Below, piece by piece: positions 23,439 to 35,730 of a DNA stretch of 64,000 nt (positions are counted from its first letter, which is position 1; every line of letters starts with the position of its first letter). Below the pieces are notes generated by a model. That model was given only the letters and a program-made list of their open reading frames with translations, was not told the DNA's origin and searched no databases. A program made the position numbers and the translations under genes. Source of the stretch: Octopus sinensis (Eukaryota); the NCBI RefSeq assembly GCF_006345805.1, contig NC_043002.1, forward strand, positions 111,352,001 to 111,416,000. Reading direction: 5' to 3'.

Positions 23439-25201
23439 TGTAGTGACATCATATTCCAGTGTGCGCACACGCAACGTCATTCTTCAGTGTGCGTGTGCGG
23501 AACGTATTCTTCAGTGTGCATGTGCGGAACGTATTCTTCAGTGTGCATGTGCAGAACATCCTTCTTCAGTGTGCGTGTGCGGGGTTGGGACCTTCTGGAA
23601 AGGCATAAAGAAGTTCCCTCATGCACATGCGCTAGAGACTGAAGAATAAATTCTATAGCGTTCCTTAATAGCGTCGGGGACTTGAGACACGGCGATAGAA
23701 GAGAAAGGACGTATTTTTAAACGTATGATCAGCCTATTCTCCTGTCCCAGACGCTTAGGATTTGACCTGCTCTATAAATGCTGAATTGTTGTAAGAAGCT
23801 TACAAAAGTTAGAATTCAGCCTTGCTGTGTTGAACTAGGTGGATACCAGTATACCATCGTGTTTCATTGTTGAACCAAGAGAATAAAGAATTGTATATAT
23901 TTTTAAACTTGCGTTTCGTTCCTGACTGGTAGTTTCTAGAAACAAAAGGAAAGGAAATTGTGTTGCACCCAAAAAGTGTAAAAAAGCAACCAGTTCCCTT
24001 TACAGTGGTGACCCCAAGTTCTGGTCATAGACCATAGAACACTCAAGCAAGTTTCCCGAGTTCTGGTCATAGACCATAGAACAGTCAAGCAAGTTTCCCG
24101 AGTTCTGGTCATAGACCATAGAACACTTAGCTAAAATCTAGTTTCTACCTAGTCTGAACCAATCAATCCGCCGCAGTCTTCATCCACACAGAGCTTACTC
24201 AACCATGTTCCAGTTCCAGCGACAGACGACCAGACCAGCCAGTCATGTTCCTGCTCCAGCCAATGACGACGCTAACATACACCAGCAACGCCACCGACGC
24301 CTTCATCTCAACGTCGCCCTTCAACTTCGCGTCATCTCCATCTCCAGCAACACTAATATGTACATAGCACTCATTCAGGTTTAGCTTTCACGCTGTTATG
24401 ACGTTAACAGCAGAGCACTACCTGCGAGATCTTCTGTACCAATGTAACCTGGCACAGCATTGAAGCCACAACTGCTACACGACATGTGTTCAACCGGCAT
24501 CTGCACTTGTGATCCGAACATCCTGTTACAGAACGAACTGCTATTATGTACTTTACTACGAACTGGTAAATTAACTCCATCTTGTCTGAAATACCCCGAG
24601 AGACTTTTCCTATGCGCTGTATTTTGTTTTGCCCGCATACACCTTGTTTGTACTTCTGTCGCACACACGAACACACATAGTTAATACACACAAATACTAT
24701 CTCTGTCACATTCATAAGCCACACATGCCTTTCTCGCTTGTTTTCCATGCTCAATGTGCCCTTGTAAACACAACTCATCTCTGTAAGACCCTAGGTTGGT
24801 CACGCATACATAGAGAAAGTTGTTTGTCCCTTACAACGCGCCAGCATGCCACACTTTTGTTCCTGCACGACCGAGGCATATAATAGCTCAAGCACTGGCT
24901 GGCAGCCTCAGCCTTACTGCATTAATCACTGGCATATTCAATACTGTACACTGTATTTCAGCCTAGCAAGCCCTATTGCACTCATGCACCTCTGTTCTGC
25001 ACGTGTACTCCCTTATTTTGCAACACGTCTGCGTCAGCTCAATTCTTCTCCCGACTCAAAGCATGTCGGATGTTCACATGCACTGCACTCATGTTTAGGC
25101 ATAATTTCCCCCTGTTAGACCCCTGTTGGTCACGTAATTAACAGAGAAAATTATCTGTCTCGCACCCAAAAAGTGTAAAGAAGCAACCAGTTCCCTTTAC
25201 G
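23439..25201 (+). mobile_element. Internally deleted LTR retrotransposon: full 5' LTR, tRNA-Trp-type PBS, short non-coding interior, and only about 40 bp of the 3' LTR
   Basis: LTR TGTAGTGA...TTTACA at 23439-24004 contains TATAAA and AATAAA. PBS TGGTGACCCC at 24006-24015. The LTR end recurs at 25162-25201. TSD TAAC at 23435-23438 and 25202-25205. Confidence 0.85.
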
Positions 25202-25609
25202 TAACTATCAAAAAGTATTAAAAAGTTTAATATACATAAATGCAGATATATAGAAATATGTATTTTATAATTATTAGATGTAAACTTAAATTTAAAAATA
25301 TGAATAGTGATTATTGTGTTAAATAATTTGGTAATTAAATATTGGACTATAACTGAGTTAAGGATATTCATGAGTTTATTATGTTTTTTTACAGCCATAT
25401 TATATCTTCATAGATAAATACATATTTCTATCAATTTTTTTACCTTAAAAATAAATATTTAACATAATAAATGGGTTGTATGACATAATCCTAATGTTTT
25501 AAGTTTCTATTTTAGATAATGGAGTTTTTTTATAAGAAAAATTATTATTTTATTTATTTCTTTAAAAATATTGTTTAACTCTATTTGATTATTTATTTAA
25601 CTATTATCA

Positions 25610-25712
25610 TTAACCTGAAGATTGACTATAATTTTAGTTCGAATTTATTTCAATTGAATTTAAACTTAATTGTAATTCGAATTTAATTATAGCCATGAAA
25701 CGTATGTAGTGT
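25610..25712 (+). ncRNA. Degenerate type I hammerhead-like motif
   Basis: CTGAAGA at 25615-25621, followed by a long imperfect stem II (ttgactataatt.../...aattatagccat) and GAAACGTA at 25697-25704. Stem I is poorly paired. Confidence 0.4.
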
Positions 25713-26922
25713 TTTTACTTATTATATTATATTTATCATTCTTTTCATACTTTTTGGTTAAAATAAAAATCTAAATTTTATATTTTATATTTTATATATA
25801 TATATATTATATATATTAATTATATTTATATTATTTGTTATTTATGTATTGGTTTATGTCTATCACTGTTTGAGTTGCGCAATAGTGGTTTTATCTCTAA
25901 TTCATATTTTATATATTTATTCTGTGAAATTTGATTTAATCCTAAATATAATTTTTCCCTGTAAGTTTGGAGCCATACTCCCTAATATTATTATTATTAT
26001 ATATATATATATATATATATATGTGCATGCATATTTAAGTTATAAACTATAGAATTCAGAGCCAGCACTATATGTTACAATGTTTCATATAGTAATACAT
26101 CTATATAAACAGTACAATCAAAGATAGAAAAAGACTAGGTAACGGGTGTATGTGCATATTTCAAGAGTTATTACTCTTTCATCAGCACCACATCCAACCC
26201 ATCAACTATCCGCAAGCACATTGCTTAAATACCCAGTAAGTTTAGCAGTGTAACATTATTGGAAAGACGGTGAGCTGGTGGAATCGTTAACATGCCGGGC
26301 GAAGTGCTTAGCGGTATTTCATCTGGTGCTATGTTCTGAGTTCAAATTCTTCCGAGGTCGACTTTGCCTTTCATCCTTTCAGGGTCGGTAAATTAAGTAC
26401 CAGTGTAACACTGGGGGTCAATGTAATCAGGCAGTCCCCTCCCTGAAATTTCAAGCCTTGTGCCTATAGTGGAAAGCTGCCAGGAATGTGTTTAACTTGT
26501 AAATTGGATAGAAACAAAATATTGTGTACAAACTACAACAGAATTGAAACATGAGCAAGATGTGGTCCACCAACCCATCTAGAAGGGCATGTAAATTAAT
26601 ATTTACATGCCAGATACCAGGAATATGTTTAATATGTAAATTGGTCTATTGGAGGAAACTCATGGAATGCTGATTTTTTTTCCTACTATAATCCTTGGTG
26701 AGTGAATTTGCCAAACAGAAACTGTATGGAGGTCCTTTTTGTGCGTGGTTTTGTGCTTGTCATACACACACACACACAGCTTGTTAACCAGCACTGGTTT
26801 GTTTACATCCTTTAAATTCAACAAAAGAGGGCTACAGAATAAATACCTGACTTAAAAATATAAGTATTAGGGCTGATTTGTTTGATCAAATTTTTGAAAG
26901 ATTGTAAAAAGTAAAAGGTATA

Positions 26923-27254
26923 CAGTTGCGGCTAAAATGTTCAGAATGGCATTGTTTTCGCCAGAAAAGTAGGTATAAGTTTTTATCAAAGTTGCTTTAT
27001 ATTCTATAATTTTCACAGACAATAAATACGATATTAATTGTTATTGTCTGAGATTTTGGTGTAATTTGAGAGGATAATACAAAAGTTATGGATGATTTAG
27101 TGATTTACTGCAAAACCCATCGCAGCCAAAATGATCAGAACGGTTGCTTTTACTCCATGTTTTAGTATATCTAACCGGCGATATACTTTGATAAAAACTT
27201 ATACCTACTTTTCTGGCGAAAACATTGCTGTTCTGAACATTTTGGCCGCAACTG
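26923..27254. mobile_element. Tc1/mariner-type MITE, 332 bp, with TIRs of about 70 bp
   Basis: TA|CAGTTGCGGCTAAAATGTTCAGAA...TTCTGAACATTTTGGCCGCAACTG|TA; the arms pair through ...AAGTTTTTATCAAAGT. Confidence 0.88.
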
Positions 27255-27831
27255 TATATTTCTGTTCTATATTTAAGAGATGAGGCATTATGTACATTAT
27301 TTACATTCAACGGATATTTGTCCTCATCTTGTTTGTTGTTAACAAGGCTGGAGGGTATATCAGCCGAAACATTGTGTTAACAACAAACAAGATGAGGACA
27401 AATATCCGTTGAATGTAAATAATTCTGTTGATTCACCAAGAAGAATTAAATGACAGAATGAAGACATTTTAACTGAACATCTCAAAAATGCCATTACTCC
27501 CAGTTTCACATTACTTCCTCTTTGACTGACAATCTCATCATAGGTTATCTGAAGACATCTCAAGATATATGAAAACCATTCAGAAAAAAACTTACCTCAG
27601 CCAGTCATGTATGTATGTGTGTACAACTGAAAGACATCAACATCAGTGAGAAAGCGAATAGGCACAGGAGTGGCTGTGTGGTAAGTAGCTTGCTTACCAA
27701 CCACATGGTTCCGGGTTCAGTCCCACTGCGTGGCATCTTGGGCAAGTGTCTTCTGCTATAACCCCGGGCCGACCAATGCCTTGTGAGTGGATTTGGTAGA
27801 CGGAAACTGAAAGAAGCCTGTCGTATATATG

Positions 27832-27862
<31 letters not shown>

Positions 27863-29555
27863 GTGTGTGTGTGTATGTCCCCCAAGCATTGCTTGACAGC
27901 CGATGCTGGTGTGTTTACGTCCCCGTCACTTAGCGGTTCGGCAAAAAGAGACCAAAAGAATAAGTACTGGGCTTACAAAGAATAAGTCCCGGGGTCGATT
28001 TGCTCGACTAAAGGCGGTGCTCCAGCATGGCCGCAGTCAAATGACTGAAACAAGTAAAAGAATAAAGCTGATGCTTCCAGAAAAAGTTCATTGTGGTATT
28101 CAAACCTGATTTACAAATTACCTACTTGACATTCAGCATCATAAATGTTGTGAACCAATAAACAACACTGCTATTATTTAAATACAGAAGATGCAGACGG
28201 CGTCTTTGAGTCATTAATTCTCTTCACCAATCTGTGTACATTTACTTAGTGATTACTTTATCACTACTTTTGGCAAACATGGTAAAGTCTGTTTTGCTAA
28301 TGGAGTTGTCTCCCATGTTTTACTCTTTTACTTGTTTCAGTCATTTGACTGCGGCCATGCTGGAGCACCGCCTCTAGTCGAGCAAATCGACCCCAGGACT
28401 TATTCTTTGTAAGCCCAGTACTTATTCTATCAGTCTCTTTTGCCGAACCGCTAAGTGACGAGGGGACGTAAACACACCAGCATCGGTTGTCAAGTAATGC
28501 TAGGGGGGCAAACACATACATATATATATACATATATACAACAGGCTTCTTTCAGTTTCCGTCTACCAAATCCACTCACAAGGCATTGGTCGGCCCGGGG
28601 CTATAGCAGAAGACACTTGCCCAAGATGCCACGCAGTGGGACTGAACCCGGAACCATGTGGTTGGTTAGCAAGCTACTTACCACACAGTCACTCCTGCGC
28701 CTGTTTGTTGAACCTAAGTAATACAAATACAATGTTTTGACATCCTTGCTTCCAGACACATGCCAAATTAAGAGGCTGCTTCTATGTCATTTATAACTTT
28801 TTCACTACTAAACCTTCACAAAGTTGGATACATTCTTCCAACCATTCAAGTATATGTAGATATAAGGCGGCAAGCTGGCAGAAATGTTAGCACGCCGGGC
28901 GAAATGTGTAGCTGTATTTCGTCTGCCATTACGTTCTGAGTTCAAATTCCGCCGAGGTCGACTTTGCCTTTCATCCTTTCAGGGTCGATAAATAAAGTAC
29001 CAGTTTCGCACTGGGGTCTATGTAATCGACTTAATCCCTTTGTCTGTCCTTGTTTGTCTCCTCTATGTTTAGCCCCTTGTGGGTAATAAAGAAATATATA
29101 TGAAGATACAAATGTTTCAGAATCTAATGCTATACACTAAGTTCCTAGCTACAGCTCCCAGAACTGACCATCCCTTGAAACCGTTTCCTCTTTCATACTA
29201 TATTCTTCACAGTGACGATAACTTGCACTTCTTAGTGGATTAGTACATGGTGCTTGGTTTAGTTTTAAACATTTGCAGTTAAGTATAGGCAGAGCATTTC
29301 TACCTACATTGGTGAATAAACAAAAGTATGTCATAAAAGTATACTCTTTTACTCTTATACTTGTTTCAGTCATTTGACTGCGGCCATGCTGGAGCACCGC
29401 CTTTAGTCGAGCAACTCGACCCTATGACTTATTCTTTTCGTAAGCCCAGTACTTATTCTATCAGTCTCTTTTTGCCGAACTGCTAAGTGACGGGGACGTA
29501 AACACACCAGCATCGGTTGTCAAGCAATGCTAGGGGGACAAACACAGACACACAA

Positions 29556-29590
<35 letters not shown>

Positions 29591-31477
29591 CGACAGGCTT
29601 CTTTCAGTTTCCGTCTACCAAATCCACTCACAAGGCATTGGTCGGCCCAGGGCTATAGCAGAAGACACTTGCCCAAGATGCCACGCAGTGGGACTGAACC
29701 CGGAACTATATGGTTGGTAAGCAAGCTACTTACCACACAGCCACTCCTGTCAGAGTTCTGACATAATTAGAACCAGTTGAAAAGAAGGACTGGATTACCA
29801 GTTGCTGGAAAATCTTGGCAAATATTGTATTTTTTTCCCCCGCTGCAACATCACAAATTCTAGTAAAAATTGTTAATGCTTTCTGTGTTAAATATGTTTA
29901 ACATTAAATTGCATTTACAATAGAATGAAATCCAGCTGTCAATTTGATTTTTATTGCTGAGATAATGCACTGTGAGAACTATGTTCAGATGTCTTACAAT
30001 CAGTAAGTCTTTTTTTTTTTCTTTCTCTATTCCTAATTTGTGTTGACTGTAAAAAGCACCATCCGTTCGTGGCCGTTTGCCAGCTCCGTCTGGCACCTGT
30101 GCGGGTGATACGTAAAAAGCACCCACTACACTCACGGAGTTGTTGGCGTCAGGAAGGGCATCCAGCCGTAGAAACATTGCCAGATCAGACTGGAGCCTGG
30201 TGCAGCCCCTGGCTTCCCAGACCCCAGTTGAACCGTCCAACCCATGCTAGCATGAAAAGCGGACGCTAAACGATGATGATGATGATGATGATGATGTACA
30301 TCCTAGTAGCTCAATCAAGAACTGTAGGACATAAACACTTTGCTACATCCAGTAGTGATAGTACAGTGAGGTCAACAAGTGTTTCATTTGTCTGCAGTAC
30401 AGAGTTTACAGTTCAATTCCAATAATAGCAAGGTTGCCTTTAATATACTTCCCAAAGAAGATTTTTCTGTCATTTACTTAATGCCAAGGAAGCCAAAGCT
30501 AATTAAATGGACCTAGCAAACCATAAAGGTCTGTGATATATTAACATCCAACCTTAAAAATAAATTTCAACTACCAGTGGCTCAGATGAGTTCACACTTA
30601 CCAGTTCTAAACTAACATTTTCTATATGAAACTAATTTCTACTTCACTGAGAAATGGAATCATGCCATCTTCATCATCATCATTTAGCGTCCGCTTTCCA
30701 TGCTAGCATGGGTTGGACGCTGCAACTGGGGTCTGGGAAGCCAGAAGGCTGCATCAGGCCCAGTCTGATCTGGCAGTGTTTCTACGGCTGGATGCCCTTC
30801 CTAACGCCAACCACTCCGTGAGTGTAGTGGGTGCTTTTTACGTGCCACCCGCACAGGTGCCAGATGGAGTTGGCAAACGGCCACGCACGGATGGTGCTTT
30901 TTATGTGCCACCGGCACGGGGGCCAGGCGAGGCTGGCAACGGCCACGAATGGATGGTGCTACGTGCCTGTGTAATTAATAAGGTATATTATTTTAGACAA
31001 GCTAACCAATGATGAGTATCAAAGCTCTGTCAGGTGTCAAATTACTAGTTGAGGAATCAATAGACCATAACCAAGTTTTATCTCTGGAGTTTTCATAATC
31101 AAATGTTTAGTTTTCACTGAATAAATTGAGAAAAAACCTTTTAATCTTGCTGAGTATATGATAACTTCTTTAGTGCTTGTACCAAAATAAAATGCACCCA
31201 ATATCCTCTATAATGTACCTAGTGGTAGGAAGAGCACTCGGCTGTACAAACTACAACAGAATTGAAACATGAGCAAGATGTGGTCCACCAACCCATCTAG
31301 AAGGGCAGTAACTCTGAACAAGAACTGACTCAGTGTAATATAGGAAGATTTGATAACTAACTCTGGCAAGGCATGTAATTGCATAACAGCTCTTTTGTTG
31401 ACTTGTCAATATTATTTGTGCTCTTTGGTACAAAAGCCCAGTATATTATGAAGAAAAGATTTAATAATAATAATGAT

Positions 31478-31516
<39 letters not shown>

Positions 31517-31609
31517 AAGCTTTATGAAAATAGACAAAAGACGAAGGCAGGTGGAAAACAAACAAACAATTGTATTACTATGGTGCTCAGGAAATATAAA
31601 TAAAACAAG

Positions 31610-31647
31610 TCTTTAACGTTTCGAGCCTACGCTCTTCAACAGAAAGA
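31610..31647 (-). ncRNA. Minimal hammerhead-like motif with variant core CUGUUGA; same family as 37378-37415
   Basis: Minus strand reads TCTTT-CTGTTGAA-GAGC-GTAG-GCTC-GAAACGT-T-AAAGA. It lies in an element at approx. 31515-31730 bounded by (TA)n. Confidence 0.55.
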
Positions 31648-32091
31648 TACACAGAGAAAAAAAACACAGAAAGAAGGAGAGAAAAAAAATATGCGTGCAG
31701 TAACTAACGAATCAACATGGCGATCGTTATATATATATATTTCAGTCCCACTGCGTGGCACCTTGGGCAAGTGTCTTCTACTATAGCCTCGGGCCAACCA
31801 AAGACTTGTGAGTGGATTTGGTAGACGGAAACTGAAAGAAGCCTGTTGTATATATGTATATATATATATATGCGTGTGTGTGTTTGTGTGTCTGTGTTTG
31901 TCCCCCTAGCATTCCTTGACAACTGATGCTGGTGTGTTTATGTCCCCGTTACTTAGCGGTTTGGCAAAAGAGACCGATAGAATAAGTACTGGGCTTACAA
32001 AAGAATAAGTCCCGGGGTCGAGTTGCTCGATTAAAGGCGGTGCTCCAGCATGGTCGCAGTCAAATGACTGAAACAAGTAAAAGAGTAAAGA

Positions 32092-32129
<38 letters not shown>

Positions 32130-32620
32130 ATTAATTAGGGAATAAAAATTCCAGCATAACAGGGGTTCAAATTATTCTCAATGAGGAAATATATATTTTC
32201 ATTTAGAAAAGAATTTTAATTTAAATACTTACTACTTTATAATTTGGCTACACATGGAGTGGTTTAGGAACCGGGAAATGTACCTCATGAAAAACGTGTA
32301 GCCAAGTTATAAAGTAGTAAGTATTTAAATTAAAATTATTTTTTATATGGTGAGATGAAGGGGCCTACTATCTCTAAATGAAAATATATATATATAAAAG
32401 CATACTGGGAGAAAGGAAAGAAACAAAACGAAACGATGCGAAGGCGCTCAGTCATACAATAATGTAATAAATAAAATATATGCATACATACATACATATA
32501 TGTACGTACCTATATCTACATGCATATATAAATATATATATGTGAGTACAGGACACCACAAATAGACGTAGAACTCAACGAGAAACAAAAACATAAAAAC
32601 AGGAAGGACCGGTCCGACGA

Positions 32621-32683
32621 GCGTGTCCTGTCCTTACCTTCGAAACACGCATGGAGTCGAACCAAGGACAGCTGATGAAGGGG
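32621..32683 (+). ncRNA. Candidate hammerhead ribozyme with non-circularly permuted strand order and intact core
   Basis: Order along the sequence: GCGTGT-C-CTGTCCTT (stem III 3' strand, GUC site, stem I strand); CTTC-GAAA-CACGC; AAGGACAG-CTGATGA-A-GGGG. Stem I is a perfect 8 bp, stem III a perfect 6 bp, and stem II is 4 bp with two G-U pairs. Confidence 0.7.
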
Positions 32684-32864
32684 AATGTTCCGTGTGTTGT
32701 TTGTCCTGCGTTCTGTTTTTTCGTTGTTAAAAAAAGTCCGTTCCCCTGTTTTTATGTTTTCGTTTCTCGTTGAGTTCTGTCTATTTGTGGTGTCCTGTAC
32801 TCATGCATATATATTTATATATGCATGTATATATACATGTAGATGTAGGTACTCTTTTCTCTTT

Positions 32865-33067
32865 TACTATTTTACTTGTTTCAGTCATTTGACTGCGGCC
32901 ATGCTGGAGCACCGCCTTTAGTCAAGCAAATCGCCCCCGGGACTTATTCTTTGTAAGCCCAGAACTTATTCTATCGGTCTCCTTTGCCGAACCGCTAAGT
33001 GACGGGGACGTAAACACACCAGCATCGGTTGTCAAGCAATGCTAGGGGGACAAACACAGACACACAA

Positions 33068-33113
<46 letters not shown>

Positions 33114-34365
33114 GACAGGCTTCTTTCAGTTTCCGTCTACCAAATCCACTCACAAGGCATTGGTCGGCCCGGGGCTATAGCAGAAGACACTTGCCCAAGA
33201 TACCACGCAGTGGGACTGAACCCGTACATACATATATGTATGTATGTTTGCATATATTTTATTTATTACATATATATATATAAAGATGGAGGTGGAAATG
33301 GCACAGAAGTAAATCCAAGACATTTCAATTTAGAAAGAATTTAATAAAATGATTTTAAAAATATATAAAGAAAATATAGAATATTACCAGTTTTGATGAT
33401 GAATCTCATCTTATCAAATATTAGTAAAATTTATAAAAGTTTGAAGTAAAACAGTTTATCTTCTGCCTGAGGGTCAAAAACATGTCTGAATTTTTTTCAT
33501 TGAATTCTTCTCTAAATATGGTTTGGTAAAGAGTTCAAGGTGTTGGTGGTGGGGTGTAGTTGTCTATTTACTCATTTACTTGTTTCAGTCATTTGACTGC
33601 AGCCATGCTGGAGCACTGCCTTTAGTCGAGCAAATCGACCCCAGGACTTATTCTTTGTAAGCCCAGTACTTATTCTATTGGTCTCTTTTGCCGAACCGCT
33701 AAGTGACGGGGACGTAAACACACCAGCATCAGTTGTCAAGTAATGCTAGCGGGACAAACACAGACACACAAACATATACATACATATATATATACGACAG
33801 GCTTCTTTCAGTTTCCGTCTACCAAATCCACTCACAAGGCATTGGTCGGCCCGGGGCTATAGCAGAAGATACTTGCCCAAGATGCCACGCAGTGGGACTG
33901 AACCCAGAACCATGAGGTTGGTAAGCAAGCTACTTACCACACAGCCACTCGTCTAACAATAAATCTTTGTGAGGTTTTTTTTAGACACTACACAACTACA
34001 CCCCTTCTCTAACACTTTGAACTCTGTACCAAACTATAATTAAAGAAAACTTCAACGAAAAAGCTCCAGACATGTTTTTGATGACCAAAACAGAAGATTT
34101 ACTGTTTTTACTTCAAACTATTTAAGATGAGTTCATCATCGAAACAGGTAATATTCTATACTCTTTTACTTGTTTCAGTCATTTGACTGCGGCCATGCTG
34201 GAGCACCGCCTTTAGTCGGGCACATCGACCCCAGGACTAATTCTTTGTAAGCCCAGTACTTATTCTATCGGTGTCTCTTTTGCCGAACCGCTAAGTGGCG
34301 GGGACGTAAACACACCAGCATCGGTTGTCAAGCAATGCTAGGGGGACAAACAGAGACACACAAAT

Positions 34366-34411
<46 letters not shown>

Positions 34412-35673
34412 TATATATATACGACAGGCTTCTTTCAGTTTCCGTCTACCAAATCCACTCACAAGGCATTGGTCGGCCCGGGGCTATAGCAGAAGACACT
34501 TGCCCAAGATACCACGCAGTGGGACTGAACCCGTACATACATATATGTATGTATGTTTGCATATATTTTATTTATTACATATATATATATAAAGATGGAG
34601 GTGGAAATGGCACAGAAGTAAATCCAAGACATTTCAATTTAGAAAGAATTTAATAAAATGATTTTAAAAATATATAAAGAAAATATAGAATATTACCAGT
34701 TTTGATGATGAATCTCATCTTATCAAATATTAGTAAAATTTATAAAAGTTTGAAGTAAAACAGTTTATCTTCTGCCTGAGGGTCAAAAACATGTCTGAAT
34801 TTTTTTCATTGAATTCTTCTCTAAATATGGTTTGGTAAAGAGTTCAAGGTGTTGGTGGTGGGGTGTAGTTGTCTATTTACTCATTTACTTGTTTCAGTCA
34901 TTTGACTGCAGCCATGCTGGAGCACTGCCTTTAGTCGAGCAAATCGACCCCAGGACTTATTCTTTGTAAGCCCAGTACTTATTCTATTGGTCTCTTTTGC
35001 CGAACCGCTAAGTGACGGGGACGTAAACACACCAGCATCAGTTGTCAAGTAATGCTAGCGGGACAAACACAGACACACAAACATATACATACATATATAT
35101 ATACGACAGGCTTCTTTCAGTTTCCGTCTACCAAATCCACTCACAAGGCATTGGTCGGCCCGGGGCTATAGCAGAAGATACTTGCCCAAGATGCCACGCA
35201 GTGGGACTGAACCCAGAACCATGAGGTTGGTAAGCAAGCTACTTACCACACAGCCACTCGTCTAACAATAAATCTTTGTGAGGTTTTTTTTAGACACTAC
35301 ACAACTACACCCCTTCTCTAACACTTTGAACTCTGTACCAAACTATAATTAAAGAAAACTTCAACGAAAAAGCTCCAGACATGTTTTTGATGACCAAAAC
35401 AGAAGATTTACTGTTTTTACTTCAAACTATTTAAGATGAGTTTCATCATCGAAACAGGTAATATTCTATACTCTTTTACTTGTTTCAGTCATTTGACTGC
35501 GGCCATGCTGGAGCACCGCCTTTAGTCGGGCACATCGACCCCAGGACTAATTCTTTGTAAGCCCAGTACTTATTCTATCGGTGTCTCTTTTGCCGAACCG
35601 CTAAGTGGCGGGGACGTAAACACACCAGCATCGGTTGTCAAGCAATGCTAGGGGGACAAACACAGACACACAA

Positions 35674-35730
<57 letters not shown>

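Noticed and set aside
23470-23580. Repeated CTGAAGA on the minus strand of the LTR U3 repeats as hammerhead cores
   Set aside because: No GAAA strand or compatible stems; these are simply tandem U3 repeats.
25206-26000. Possible mitochondrial insertion (NUMT), suggested by extreme AT content
   Set aside because: No recognisable mitochondrial gene or tRNA. Its right end is an inverted repeat of 23291-23330 and it contains a hammerhead relic, so a nuclear foldback repeat explains it better. A BLAST against mtDNA would settle it.
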